A DNA stretch of 64,000 nt from Candidatus Iainarchaeum sp. (GCA_043808785.1 JAZDEL010000002.1:65735-129734); one strand, 5' to 3'. Shown: positions 17,232 through 27,246, counted from the stretch's first letter. Program-made: numbers and translations. The notes: generated by a model from the sequence alone, not told the origin.

Positions 17232-19475
17232 ATGAAGTTGATAGTTGCCGAGAAGGCAATTGCAGGCAGGCGCATTTCGGCAATCCTCGCTGAACGGGAA
17301 GTGCCGCAGTCCTCTATTGAAGGGAGCCCCGCATTCGAATTCGAGCGCGCGGGAGAGGGCAATGTAATGGTTCCTTTGCGCGGGCATATAATGGATGTCG
17401 AATTTCCAAGCATTTACCGCTACTGGCAGGGCACTGACCTTAAAAAACTCACAAAGGCCGAAGTGCTTTACATAGACACCGAGAAGCGCATAATTGCCGC
17501 GCTCAAAAAGGCGGCAAAGGGCGCGACAGAACTCATCGTGGCAACAGATGCCGACAGGGAGGGGGAAAGCATAGGCGCGGAGGCGATAAGGTTCGTAAAG
17601 GGCGTGAACCCGAAAATAAAAATAAGGCGCGCGTATTTTTCGGCAATAACCCCGAAGGACATCGAAGCCTCGTTCTCCGCCCTTGAGGAGGTTGATTACA
17701 ACCTTGCCGATTCAGCAGACTGCAGGCGGGAAATAGACCTTATATGGGGCGCCGTGCTCACGCGCTTCCTCTCGCTTGTTAGCGGCCAGATGGGGAAAGA
17801 ATTCCTGAGCGCGGGAAGGGTGCAGACGCCCGTGCTTGCGATAATTGTAGATAGGGAAAAGGAGCGCATGAAATTCATCTCAAAAAAATACTGGGTCCTC
17901 AATGCGATTTTTGAAAAGGACGGCCAGAGGTTCCTTGCGGAGCACAAGGAAGGCAGGTTCTGGGAGAAGGGGGAGGCGGACAAGGCTCTTGCAAGGCGCT
18001 CCGATAAGGGCAAAGTAGTTTCGGTAGAGCGCAAAAGGCGCATACTCAGCAGGCCGCTGCCTTTTAACACCACAAGCTTCCTGCGCGCTGCAACACACCT
18101 TGGCTTCAGCGCAGGGCAGGCGATGAACGTCGCGGAATCCCTTTACCAGGCAGGCTACACCTCATACCCGCGCACCGATAACACAGTTTACCCTAAGAAC
18201 ACGGACATGCAAGGCATACTGCAGGAGATTGCAAAAAATGCCGAGTTCGAGCCGCTTGTTAAAAAAATACTCGCAAAGGGCGCCCTTGACCCTTCGCGCG
18301 GCAAGGCTACAAAGGACCACCCCCCCATACACCCAGTCAGTGCCGCACCCAAGCACAAGCTGGATGCGCGCTCGTGGAAAATTTACGAACTCATTGTAAG
18401 GCGCTTCCTCGCAACCCTCGCCGATGACGCGGAAACAGAGAACCTTGCGGTAACGATAGACCTGAACAAGGAACCCTACATAGCGCGCGGCCAGCTGATA
18501 GTGAGGAAGGGCTGGAAGGAATTCTACCATTACTCGGAACTAAAGGAAGTGATACTGCCGAACCTCGAGCGCGGGGATACAGTGCTCCTTATCGACCTCG
18601 AAATGCTCGAGAAGGAAACTTTGCCCCCCGCGTCCTACTCCCAGGCAGCGCTCATAAAACTCATGGATGAAAAGGGCATCGGCACAAAAAGCACGCGCCA
18701 CGAAATAATCCAGAAACTTTACGCGCGCCATTATATTTCGGGCACAAAGGCGATTGTGCCGAACAAAATCGCGTTTTCGGTAATAGATGCGCTTGAAAAG
18801 TATGCCGCAAAGGTAACCGAACCCAAAATGACGGCAGAACTTGAGCAGGAAATGGACTCGATTGCCGCGGGGAAGAAAACAAAGGAACTTGTTGTCGAGG
18901 AATCGCGGGAAATGCTTTCATTAATCCTCGCGGAACTGCTCGAGCAGAAGGACAAAATAGGCGCGGAGTTGCGCTCCGCGGTAAGGGACGACGCAATCCT
19001 CGGCAAGTGCGACAAGTGTAACGAGGGGATGCTCAGGAAACTGAAAAGCAGGAACAACAAGTTTTTCCTCGCGTGCAACAAATACCCGAAATGCATGAAC
19101 ACCTATCCTTTGCCGCAGAAAGGCAGGATTATTCCCCTTGAGAAGCCCTGCCCCTCGTGCGGCAAGCCGATGATAAAGGTCGCGGGAGGGCGTTTCACCT
19201 ATTCAATGTGCATAGACCCCGCATGCCCGTCAAAGGCGGACTGGGGAAAGAAGAAGGAAGAGCGCGAAGCGGAGAAGGCGAAAGCCGCCGCAGCAGCGTC
19301 CGGGCAGGCGGAGGCGGGGCACGCTGCTCCGGGAGCCGCGCAGGCGAAAGCCGGGCCAGCGCCCGCTGCAAAATCGGCGGCAAAAACCTTGCCGAAAGCC
19401 GCGCAGGCGGAACCTGCACCTTCCAAACCCGCAGTGCCGAAGAAAAGGGGCCGCCAGAAAGCCAAACCTGCATAA
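17232..19475 (+). CDS. topA: DNA topoisomerase I (type IA) with C-terminal zinc ribbons and a Lys/Ala/Pro-rich tail
   Basis: TOPRIM domain (LIVAEKAIAGRRIS, TDADREGE), type IA core, Cys4 ribbons (CDKCNEGM...CNKYPKC, CPSCGKPM...CIDPACPS), and tail KAKAAAAASGQAE...PKKRGRQKAKPA. The likely start is MKLIVAEKA (the ORF-track start at 17181 is probably upstream read-through). Confidence 0.9.
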   Translation: MKLIVAEKAIAGRRISAILAEREVPQSSIEGSPAFEFERAGEGNVMVPLRGHIMDVEFPSIYRYWQGTDLKKLTKAEVLYIDTEKRIIAALKKAAKGATELIVATDADREGESIGAEAIRFVKGVNPKIKIRRAYFSAITPKDIEASFSALEEVDYNLADSADCRREIDLIWGAVLTRFLSLVSGQMGKEFLSAGRVQTPVLAIIVDREKERMKFISKKYWVLNAIFEKDGQRFLAEHKEGRFWEKGEADKALARRSDKGKVVSVERKRRILSRPLPFNTTSFLRAATHLGFSAGQAMNVAESLYQAGYTSYPRTDNTVYPKNTDMQGILQEIAKNAEFEPLVKKILAKGALDPSRGKATKDHPPIHPVSAAPKHKLDARSWKIYELIVRRFLATLADDAETENLAVTIDLNKEPYIARGQLIVRKGWKEFYHYSELKEVILPNLERGDTVLLIDLEMLEKETLPPASYSQAALIKLMDEKGIGTKSTRHEIIQKLYARHYISGTKAIVPNKIAFSVIDALEKYAAKVTEPKMTAELEQEMDSIAAGKKTKELVVEESREMLSLILAELLEQKDKIGAELRSAVRDDAILGKCDKCNEGMLRKLKSRNNKFFLACNKYPKCMNTYPLPQKGRIIPLEKPCPSCGKPMIKVAGGRFTYSMCIDPACPSKADWGKKKEEREAEKAKAAAAASGQAEAGHAAPGAAQAKAGPAPAAKSAAKTLPKAAQAEPAPSKPAVPKKRGRQKAKPA

Positions 19476-19715
19476 GCGGCCGCAAAGGCGAAACTCAGGG
19501 CGCGTTTTTCAGGGAGTGGGGCCGAATATTTTCTTATGACAAATAGTCTGGTGAGCCCGGCCCCTTCCCCAAGTCTTCACTTCTTAGGATTGGATCCCCC
19601 ATTATTTGCATATATATTACAGCCTAGCCTTTATTTAATAATTCAGATATTTTTGGTGTGCCAAAAGGGCACAATGTTTTTATTATGATGGCATGGCATA
19701 ATATTTGGGATTGGG

Positions 19716-20255
19716 TTGGCATCCGCAATAAAGCTTGACGACGAGATACGCCTCAACATACTTGACGCGCTCCTGAAGAAGAACTCTGTCGTGCCCAGCA
19801 TAAAGCAGATAAAGAAGCGCACAGGCTACCACAAGGCCACGATAAAGTCGTCCCTTGATTTCCTCGGGGAGCAGGGCGTTCTCGAGGGTTTCGGCCCGAA
19901 ATTCAACTTCCGCGGCCTCGGGCAGGGGCTCGAGGTTTTCACGCTTTTCGAGGCAGACCTCTCTGACAAGGCTGCCGTTAAAAAGGTCCTCGCCGCAATA
20001 GAAAAGGACCCCAACCTCTACAGGCTTTCAGCAATAATCGGCGCGGGCAACTGGAACATGGTTGCGCACCACATATACGGGGATGTGGAGAGCTACCACG
20101 CAGGCATAAGCAGGAAATACTACGAAGCCGTGCCCGAAATATACAAGGTCATACGCAACAGGCAGATATTTTACCTTGCGGAGCCGATGTACAAAAACGT
20201 TTCGCGCACAAAATCCGTTATTGAGATAATAAGGCGGCAGAAGGGCATGGTTTAA
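19716..20255 (+). CDS. Lrp/AsnC-like regulator (wHTH plus RAM-like domain), TTG start
   Basis: N-terminal HTH-like IRLNILDALLKKNSVVPSIKQIKKRTGYHKATIKSSL and a C-terminal alpha/beta RAM-like fold. A palindrome GTGCCaaaagGGCAC lies ~50 bp upstream. Confidence 0.45.
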   Translation: MASAIKLDDEIRLNILDALLKKNSVVPSIKQIKKRTGYHKATIKSSLDFLGEQGVLEGFGPKFNFRGLGQGLEVFTLFEADLSDKAAVKKVLAAIEKDPNLYRLSAIIGAGNWNMVAHHIYGDVESYHAGISRKYYEAVPEIYKVIRNRQIFYLAEPMYKNVSRTKSVIEIIRRQKGMV

Positions 20256-20267
20256 GGGTCGGTTTGC

Positions 20268-21074
20268 ATGAAAGTCAAGATTTCCCTCGCGAAAACCCTG
20301 CAGGAAAATGCCGCCGCATACTTCGACGCAGCTAAAAAGGCGCGCAGGAAACTCACAGGGCTCGAGGCAGCGATTTCGGAAGCCGAAAAGAAGGTTGCGG
20401 AGGGCACCGAGAATGCGCGGTCGCGGCAGGAAAAGGTGCACGCAAAAAAAAGGAAGCGCGAATGGTACGAGAAATTCCGCTGGTTTTTCACAAGCACCGG
20501 AATGCTTGTTATCGCGGGCAGGGACGCGAAAAGCAACGAGGAGGCAGTGAAAAAGCAAATGTCGCAGGAGGACCTTTACTTCCACGCTGATGTGCACGGC
20601 GCGCCTCACACGATTTTGAAAACGGACGGAAAGGAAATAACCCCCGAAACAAAGCGCGAGGCGGCGCAGTTCGCAGCCTCGTTCTCAAGCGCGTGGAAAA
20701 GCGGAGTCCCTTTTGCGGACGTTTACTGCGTGAAGCCCGAGCAGGTTTCCAAAAGCGCGCCGAGCGGGGAGAGCATGGGCACAGGCGCAATGATGATTTA
20801 CGGGGAAAGGGAGTGGTTCAGGAAAACGAAGCTCGAGCTTGCAATAGGGCTCCCGGACAAGGGCAGCTCCGCTGTTGTGATTTCAGGCCCTCCCCCGGCG
20901 ATAAAAAAGCAAACAAAAATTTTCGTTCTGGTTAGGCAGGGTTCCGAGTCAAAGGGAGTTATTGCCAAGAAGATAAAGAAAATACTGGAGCACGCCTCAG
21001 GGGAGGGCGCTCTTGCGGACATCGACGAAATAATCTCCATGCTCCCCGCGGGAGAATTCGGAATTGCGAAATAA
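20268..21074 (+). CDS. NFACT-R (DUF814) domain protein, a short paralog of the NEMF/Tae2/FbpA family
   Basis: Diagnostic segment WYEKFRWFFTSTGMLVIAGRDAKSNEEAVKKQMSQEDLYFHADVHGAPHTILK matches the NFACT-R core (FHa..pGsHvvlk). 75 bp upstream of cdc48 on the same strand. Confidence 0.6.
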   Translation: MKVKISLAKTLQENAAAYFDAAKKARRKLTGLEAAISEAEKKVAEGTENARSRQEKVHAKKRKREWYEKFRWFFTSTGMLVIAGRDAKSNEEAVKKQMSQEDLYFHADVHGAPHTILKTDGKEITPETKREAAQFAASFSSAWKSGVPFADVYCVKPEQVSKSAPSGESMGTGAMMIYGEREWFRKTKLELAIGLPDKGSSAVVISGPPPAIKKQTKIFVLVRQGSESKGVIAKKIKKILEHASGEGALADIDEIISMLPAGEFGIAK

Positions 21075-21149
21075 CGGCATTCCGCAGGCAGGTTCGGAAT
21101 TGCGAAATAAGAAACCTTATTATTCCCTACCAGCCAATTAGTTTACGGT

Positions 21150-23342
21150 GTGAATTTGGCCGGCGAAAGGAGGAAGGAAGCGATACTCCGCGTGCAGGAC
21201 CCTGATCCAAGCCACGTGGGCAGGAACATAATAACCCTCGACAGGCAGACAAAGGAAGCGCTTGATGTAACCTCGGGGGACATTGTCGAAATAGAGGGCG
21301 CAAAGAAAACCGCAGCGGTTATCTGGCCCGCGCGCACCGAGGACGAGGGCAAGGGCATTGTGCGCATGGACAACCTCATAAGGCACAACTGCGGCGTCGG
21401 GCTCGGCGAAAAGGTAACCGTGCGCAGGGCTGAATACACCGACGCAAAGAAGATTGTCCTTGCCCCTACGCAGGAAGTGCGCATAATCGCAAGCGGCTAC
21501 GACCGCATACTGAAAAAGAACTTCATCGGCAGGCCTATGGCAAAGGGCGACAGCGTCTGGATTTCGGTTTTCGGCTCGGGCTTTGTTTATTCGGTTGTAG
21601 AAACCCAGCCGCGCGGCGTTGTGAAGGTAACCGATTTAACGCAATTAATCCTTCGCGAGGAGCCCGTGAAAGAGGAACTTGCGGGAATACAAAAAGTTTC
21701 GTATGATAACATAGGCGGTCTTGAGGAAGCAATACCAAAAGTCAAAGAACTTATTGAATTGCCTATGCGTCATCCTGAGCTTTTCCGCAAACTCGGCATT
21801 AATCCGCCAAAGGGCGTGCTCCTGCACGGCCCGCCTGGAACAGGAAAAACCCTGCTCGCAAAAGCCGTGGCAAACGAAACACAGGCGCACTTCATAAACG
21901 TGAACAGTCCGGGCATAATGTCAAGGTATGTTGGGGCAGCGGAAGAGAACATACTGAATTATTTCAAAGAAGCCAAAAAGAACGCGCCGAGCATAATTTT
22001 CTTCGACGAAATCGACAGCATCGCCCCGAAGCGCGACGAATTTGTGGGGGAGGTTGAGAGGCGTGTTGTTGCTCAGCTTCTCTCGGCAATGGATGGCATG
22101 GAAGCGAGGGGTGACATCGTTGTTATTGCGGCAACTAACCGAATTAATTCCCTGGATGAGGCCTTGCGCAGGCCTGGTAGGTTTGACCGCGAAATTGAAA
22201 TTGGCGTGCCCGACAGGAACGGCAGGATGAAAATACTGCAGATACATACGCGCGACATGCCACTTGCCAAAGACGTTAATCTCGAGCATTATGCCAACAT
22301 CACGCACGGCTTTGTAGGTGCTGACCTGGAGGTGCTTGCAAAGGAATCGGCAATGAAGGCACTGCGCAGGTATCTTCCAAAAATAAGCCTCGAGGATGAA
22401 AACATTCCCGCCGAGATTCTTGAAAAAATGGAGGTTAATAAAGATGATTTCGATAATGCCCTGAAGGACATACAGCCTTCCGCCCTCCGCGAGGTTGCGG
22501 TTGAAATCCCGAATGTCAAATGGGATGATGTTGGCGGGCTTGAGGAGGTAAAGCGCGAGCTTAAGGAGGTTGTAGAATGGCCACTTAAGCACCCAGATTC
22601 CTTTAAAAAAATGGGCATCAGGCCCCCACGGGGCATACTTCTTTATGGGCCGCCGGGGGTGGGAAAAACACTTCTTGGAAAAGCGATCGGCACCGAGAGC
22701 GGGGAGAACTTCATTTCCGTAAAATGTCCGCAATTAGTTTCAATGTGGCTTGGTGAGAGCGAGAAGGGCATAAGAAACATTTTCAAGCGCGCACGCCAGG
22801 TAAGTCCCGTAATTGTTTTCTTCGACGAAATTGACAGCATTGCTTCAATGCGGGGCGGAAGTTTTGACTCGGGTGGCACAAGAGATAAAATAGTGAACCA
22901 ATTGTTGACGGAACTCGATGGCATTGAATCGCTTAAGGACGTCATTTTCATTGCGGCAACCAACCGCCCCGACCTTATAGACCCAGGCCTCCTGCGCTCG
23001 GGCAGAATTGACAAAATCATAAAGGTTCCCGCACCTGATGAAAAGTCACGCCTCTCAATTCTCAAGATCCACACAAAGGGCGTGCCCCTTGCAAAGGAAA
23101 TTTCCCTCGACGCCCTTGCAAAGAAAACCGATGGCTACAGTGGTGCGGATTTGGAGGGGGTTGTGAGGGAGGCGGCGCTCATTAGCCTTGAGGAAAATAA
23201 AATGAAAGCATTACCCCTCAACAAAAAACACTTTGACGAGGCAATGCAGAAAATACTGCCCACCCTTTCAAAAGGGGCAAACGACGCCTACGAGGAATTC
23301 AGGAAGCAGCACGGGACTGTGAAACTGAGTTACGTCGGCTGA
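21150..23342 (+). CDS. cdc48: Cdc48/VCP/p97-type AAA+ ATPase (N domain plus D1 and D2)
   Basis: Two Walker A motifs ([16 protein letters not shown]), two Walker B DEID, SRH regions, double-psi N domain. 730 aa. Confidence 0.95.
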   Translation: MNLAGERRKEAILRVQDPDPSHVGRNIITLDRQTKEALDVTSGDIVEIEGAKKTAAVIWPARTEDEGKGIVRMDNLIRHNCGVGLGEKVTVRRAEYTDAKKIVLAPTQEVRIIASGYDRILKKNFIGRPMAKGDSVWISVFGSGFVYSVVETQPRGVVKVTDLTQLILREEPVKEELAGIQKVSYDNIGGLEEAIPKVKELIELPMRHPELFRKLGINPPKGVLLHGPPGTGKTLLAKAVANETQAHFINVNSPGIMSRYVGAAEENILNYFKEAKKNAPSIIFFDEIDSIAPKRDEFVGEVERRVVAQLLSAMDGMEARGDIVVIAATNRINSLDEALRRPGRFDREIEIGVPDRNGRMKILQIHTRDMPLAKDVNLEHYANITHGFVGADLEVLAKESAMKALRRYLPKISLEDENIPAEILEKMEVNKDDFDNALKDIQPSALREVAVEIPNVKWDDVGGLEEVKRELKEVVEWPLKHPDSFKKMGIRPPRGILLYGPPGVGKTLLGKAIGTESGENFISVKCPQLVSMWLGESEKGIRNIFKRARQVSPVIVFFDEIDSIASMRGGSFDSGGTRDKIVNQLLTELDGIESLKDVIFIAATNRPDLIDPGLLRSGRIDKIIKVPAPDEKSRLSILKIHTKGVPLAKEISLDALAKKTDGYSGADLEGVVREAALISLEENKMKALPLNKKHFDEAMQKILPTLSKGANDAYEEFRKQHGTVKLSYVG

Positions 23343-23369
23343 CTGCGGAAGCGCTGCAGGCGCCACGCC

Positions 23370-23750
23370 TTACTCGAACACTTCCCTCTTCAGTATTATC
23401 TTGTTCGTCAGCCCGTAGCCGTGCTTCTCAAGCACGCCCTTTGCCTCAAGCCTTTTCACTGCCCTGTGCACCTGCACCTTGCCTAAGCCGGTTTCCTTTG
23501 CAAGTTTGGCCTGCGTCATTTCATAGTTTGCGCCCTTAAGCGCATCTATCACCTTCCTTTCATCGGGCAGCAGCAGGTTGTTTGCCGTTTCAAGCTTTAT
23601 CTGCTTTATTTCCTTCTCCCTTATAAGGCTCCATATAGCAAACCCCGCAAATATCGAAACAAGCCCGCCGATAAGCCAGTAAAGCGACACTGGGGAGAGC
23701 AGAAGTGCGAGAGGCTCGGGGCGCGGGAAACTTGTTTTCCTTGCTGAGAC
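23370..23750 (-). CDS. Membrane-anchored winged-helix (MarR/TrmB-like) transcriptional regulator; N-terminal extent uncertain
   Basis: TM helix LALLLSPVSLYWLIGGLVSIFAGFAIW followed by wHTH PDERKVIDALKGANYEMTQAKLAKETGLGKVQVHRAVKRLEAKGVLEK. The long ORF-track form up to 23990 overlaps the opposite-strand permease gene and is probably over-extended; a GTG/TTG start near 23690-23750 is likely. Confidence 0.5.
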   Translation of the reverse strand, partial: VSARKTSFPRPEPLALLLSPVSLYWLIGGLVSIFAGFAIWSLIREKEIKQIKLETANNLLLPDERKVIDALKGANYEMTQAKLAKETGLGKVQVHRAVKRLEAKGVLEKHGYGLTNKIILKREVFE

Positions 23751-23763
23751 AAGTTCGGTTTCC

Positions 23764-24657
23764 GTGCAGGGCGTCGACCCCAATGCATGGAAGGAAACAT
23801 CCAACCTTACCCTTGCCTCGGGAAGGTTCCTGACGCCCAGCGATGCGGGCGGAATTGTCATAGGCGACAGGATTGCGAACAGCATGTTCAAGCAGCCGAT
23901 TACCCTCGGCAGGCGCATAACGATACAGAGCAGCGACGGCACCGAAGCAAGGCCGTTTGTTGTTGTGGGAATACTTGCGGCATCCGGCACAGGCGGCTTA
24001 GGCGGCGGGGGAGGGGATTCGACGGTTTACCTGACACAGGACAGCGCGTGGCAGATAACCGACGTTAATGCAGGGGAGTTTTCATCCATACAGGCAAAGG
24101 CAATCGGTGCAGAAGCAGTCGAGGAAACGACAACACAGCTGACCGAGGCGCTCCTAATTTCCAGGAGGGTTACCGCGCAGAACCAGGACTTCACAATAAC
24201 CTCCGCCCAGGCAATGCAGGCGCAGGTAAGCAGCGTAACCGATACCCTGACGCTGTTCCTCGGCGCAATCGCCGCCGTCTCCCTTGTTGTCGGCGCAATA
24301 GGCGTTGCGAACAGCATGTTCACATCCGTGCTTGAGAAAACCCGGGAAATAGGGATACTGAAAGCGCTGGGCTCCACAAACCGCGAAATCCTCGCGCTGT
24401 TCATAATCGAGTCGGGCATGTTCGGCCTTATCGGCGGCATTATCGGAGTTGCACTTGGCGCGCTTGTTTCATTCGGCCTCGGTTCTCTGGGGATAATTTC
24501 CCTGCCGATGGTGCGCGGCGGCTCCTCAACGCTTGTTACGCCGCAGCTCGTCATAGTTGCAGTCCTGCTGTCCACTGTGATAGGCATAGTTGCGGGCGTG
24601 CTTCCCGCAAGGGTTGCAGCAAAGCTTAACCCTGTGGATGCGCTGCGTTACGAGTAG
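23764..24657 (+). CDS. FtsX/MacB-like ABC transporter permease, apparently lacking the N-terminal TM1 (possibly truncated or a pseudogene)
   Basis: Periplasmic-domain start GIVIGDRIANSMF, then TM2-4 and the C-terminal signature LNPVDALRYE. GTG start directly after an in-frame stop. No upstream TM1 and no ABC ATPase partner nearby. Confidence 0.5.
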   Translation: MQGVDPNAWKETSNLTLASGRFLTPSDAGGIVIGDRIANSMFKQPITLGRRITIQSSDGTEARPFVVVGILAASGTGGLGGGGGDSTVYLTQDSAWQITDVNAGEFSSIQAKAIGAEAVEETTTQLTEALLISRRVTAQNQDFTITSAQAMQAQVSSVTDTLTLFLGAIAAVSLVVGAIGVANSMFTSVLEKTREIGILKALGSTNREILALFIIESGMFGLIGGIIGVALGALVSFGLGSLGIISLPMVRGGSSTLVTPQLVIVAVLLSTVIGIVAGVLPARVAAKLNPVDALRYE

Positions 24658-24682
24658 GGCGCTTGAGGCATGCAGGCTTGCG

Positions 24683-25342
24683 CTAAGCCGCTACGCCAAA
24701 AAACGCAAGAATTGCCCTGAAAAAGAAAACCCCTATTCCTGCCGTTGCAAACATCACGCCCCATATCCAGGGCTCCCAGAGCATCACCTTCTTGCCGTCA
24801 AGCGGGCCGACAGGCAGGAGATTAAATAGCGCGAGGAAGAAATTTATCTGCGCAATGAACATGAAAATTGTGCCAAGCGTCTGGTTCCATGAAAACAGCA
24901 CCGTGAGCAGCATGAAAACGAAGGCCACAACGATGTTTGTCGCCGGCCCCGCTGCTGAAATAATCCCGTTCTGCCTCCTCGTTATGTGCGGCCCGTATAT
25001 GTAAACCGCCCCGGGCGCGGCAAAAAGGAAGCCGAAAAATGCGGAAACAAGCGCGAACATCAGCCCGAGGCTCCACGCCCTGTATTCGGCGTGCGCCTTG
25101 AACATCCTCGCAACCTGCCTGTGCGCAAGCTCGTGGAAAACGAAGCCCGTGCCGACGGCAATAAGCGATACCGGGAGCAGCACGATAGTTGACGCGATGT
25201 TGAACAGCCCGTCCCCGAACAGGAACGAGAATGCGATGCTTATCGTGAGCCAACTAACTATCAAATCTACTTTTTCATTTTTTCCGAGCAGTGGCATTCC
25301 ATCACGCACAAATCCTGATGCAAAAACCATAAAAACAAGCAA
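24683..25342 (-). CDS. Site-2 protease family (M50) intramembrane zinc metalloprotease
   Basis: HExxH (FHELAH) within a TM helix plus the NLLPVGPLDG motif. 219 aa polytopic. Confidence 0.75.
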   Translation of the reverse strand: MLVFMVFASGFVRDGMPLLGKNEKVDLIVSWLTISIAFSFLFGDGLFNIASTIVLLPVSLIAVGTGFVFHELAHRQVARMFKAHAEYRAWSLGLMFALVSAFFGFLFAAPGAVYIYGPHITRRQNGIISAAGPATNIVVAFVFMLLTVLFSWNQTLGTIFMFIAQINFFLALFNLLPVGPLDGKKVMLWEPWIWGVMFATAGIGVFFFRAILAFFGVAA

Positions 25343-25468
25343 CCCTTGTCGCGGGTTTGCAAAAATGCCGCAAAAATGCCCGCGAAGCGCAAAAAAACGC
25401 CCTGCGCATTACTTCGTCAATCAACGAAATATTTAACTAACCCTGCGAACAGGTTATTTTTGGTTTTT

Positions 25469-26047
25469 ATGCACAGGCGCGGGATTTTCACATTCGTCCT
25501 TGTCCTTCTCTTTATCCAGTCCGCCGCGGTAATGTCCGGCATTGCCGCGGAACAGCAGCGCTCCATTTCCGATGCGCGCAGCCTTGCCCTGCAGATGGAG
25601 CGCGCAAGGCTTGTTAGGGAGGAGGTAGAGGTTGCGGTTGACCGCACGATTGGGCAAACAATGCTCGCTGAAATTTCCTCAGGCAACAAAAACCCCGCGG
25701 CAATCCGCGCAAAAATCGCGGAAAACCTTGTTTCGGTTTTCGGGCAGTTCGAGGATGCATACCCCGAAAACCCGAAGGTTGATTTTTTTGCCGGAAATTA
25801 TTACGGGGGAGGGTACCTGCGCCTCCTGGGCACGGAAGGGGGCAAGCCGAAGGCGCGTGAACTGGAAAATTATTTCAGGGTTCTTGTATTGCATGCCGGC
25901 AGTAAGGCATATGCAGCGGAATTCACATACACGGGCGGGGAAATGAAAAGCAGGGTTCTTTATGCAAAGATAAGCACGGAGAGCTTCTCGCAGGTTTTCG
26001 TTATCCCCATCGGGTACAAGATTGCAATTAACGGAGTTGTGCCCTGA
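25469..26047 (+). CDS. Type IV pilin-like protein A (class III signal peptide candidate)
   Basis: N-terminus MHRRG|IFTFVLVLLFIQSAAV is a basic stretch followed by a hydrophobic helix. First of four stop/start-overlapping genes. A TATA-like aaatatttaa lies ~30 bp upstream. Confidence 0.5.
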   Translation: MHRRGIFTFVLVLLFIQSAAVMSGIAAEQQRSISDARSLALQMERARLVREEVEVAVDRTIGQTMLAEISSGNKNPAAIRAKIAENLVSVFGQFEDAYPENPKVDFFAGNYYGGGYLRLLGTEGGKPKARELENYFRVLVLHAGSKAYAAEFTYTGGEMKSRVLYAKISTESFSQVFVIPIGYKIAINGVVP

Positions 26048-26391
26048 TGACGCTCGAGGCAATGCTTTCCTTCGCGCTCTTCCTCGCGCTCCTCGGAGCT
26101 TTTGCGGGAATAGAGGCGATGCAGTCCGCGAAGGCTTCCGAAGCCGCGTACAAATTCTCCGCGGAACTCGAGAGCTGCAGGTGCGCGCTTGTTATAGATT
26201 CCTTCTATGCGAATTCCGGCGGCGCGCTGCAGGGCTTCGGTTCCTCGTGCTATATGAAAGGCACAAATTCTGTTGCCGCGCAGGTGCGCGGCTTCGAGAA
26301 GGAGAGCGCAATCCTCAACTCAGGCACCAAATTAATTCAGACTCCGCGCGGCACGCGGATGGAGGTGCAAGTGAATGAGCATTACAGGTAG
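26047..26391 (+). CDS. Small pilin-like / N-terminal TM protein B
   Basis: MTLEAMLSFALFLALLGAFAGIE N-terminal hydrophobic segment. Its start overlaps the stop of gene A (TGATG). Confidence 0.4.
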   Translation: MTLEAMLSFALFLALLGAFAGIEAMQSAKASEAAYKFSAELESCRCALVIDSFYANSGGALQGFGSSCYMKGTNSVAAQVRGFEKESAILNSGTKLIQTPRGTRMEVQVNEHYR

Positions 26392-26881
26392 GCGCGGCAT
26401 CGTGTTCTCCTTCGACCTTCTAATCGCGTTCATAGTTATGTGCCTCATCCTTTGCCTCATCCTCGTGAACATGAACCTGCGCGCGGATTCCGCGGTTTCC
26501 GCGCAGCGCTCTTTCGCGCTGCAGCATGCCGCGCTCTCCGTTGCCGACACGCTTGTGCAGAACGCCGACCTGAACAATCCCGCGCTCGGTTCCGCATATT
26601 TCGGCGAGGATAAGCGCAGGGTTTTCGGGAATGTTATTGACGGCACGCTGCTTGCAAAGGCGGACTTCGCAGGCATTAGCCTTGGCAAAGGCATTTTTCT
26701 GAAGGAAGTTTCACTGCGCTACAAAAGCGGGGAGTACGGGCAAATTCACCGTTCCCCTTTGCCCGCGGGGAGTTGCACCGCTGCGGAGCGGTTCGTTGTT
26801 GTGAAAGGCGCGGCAATTGCAAAAGGCGCTACGGAGGAAAAGGCGATTCTCACGGTTGTCGCCTGCGAGGGGGGCATCTGA
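26375..26881 (+). CDS. Type IV pilin-like protein C (class III signal peptide candidate)
   Basis: MSITGRRG|IVFSFDLLIAFIVMCLIL closely parallels gene A (RRG then hydrophobic). Overlaps gene B by 17 nt. Confidence 0.5.
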   Translation: MSITGRRGIVFSFDLLIAFIVMCLILCLILVNMNLRADSAVSAQRSFALQHAALSVADTLVQNADLNNPALGSAYFGEDKRRVFGNVIDGTLLAKADFAGISLGKGIFLKEVSLRYKSGEYGQIHRSPLPAGSCTAAERFVVVKGAAIAKGATEEKAILTVVACEGGI

Positions 26882-27234
26882 TGAACGCAAGCGCCTTCCA
26901 CCTGGGCATTGAGGCTGTGTTCAGCCTCCTCGTGCTCGCACTGCTCCTGTCCGCACCTGTTCCTGCAGCTGACTCCTCCCTCTCGCGCCTCCAGCTCCTG
27001 CAGAAACAGCAGGATTTGCTTGCAGTATGGGTTGCCTTCGGGAACCCTGATGCGGAAACCATGCGTGCGGATTTTGTTTTTGTTTTCCCCGGGAGGGCCG
27101 GCATTATCGGATTTGCGGGGGATAAATTTGAAATCAATTTGCCTCCCGAGGGTTGCACGCGCAGCACTGCAAGTGCCCGCTATCTCGACGGCACGCTTCG
27201 CCTGCGGGAAATAACCCTGACCGTATTTTGCTGA
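26881..27234 (+). CDS. Small pilin-like / N-terminal TM protein D
   Basis: MNASAFHLG|IEAVFSLLVLALLLSAP. Its start overlaps the stop of gene C (TGATG). Confidence 0.4.
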   Translation: MNASAFHLGIEAVFSLLVLALLLSAPVPAADSSLSRLQLLQKQQDLLAVWVAFGNPDAETMRADFVFVFPGRAGIIGFAGDKFEINLPPEGCTRSTASARYLDGTLRLREITLTVFC

Positions 27235-27246
27235 TGTTCCGCGCGC

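Noticed and set aside
21921-22733. 270-aa minus-strand ORF inside cdc48
   Set aside because: It is antisense to an unambiguous AAA+ ATPase gene with no conserved features, so it is spurious.
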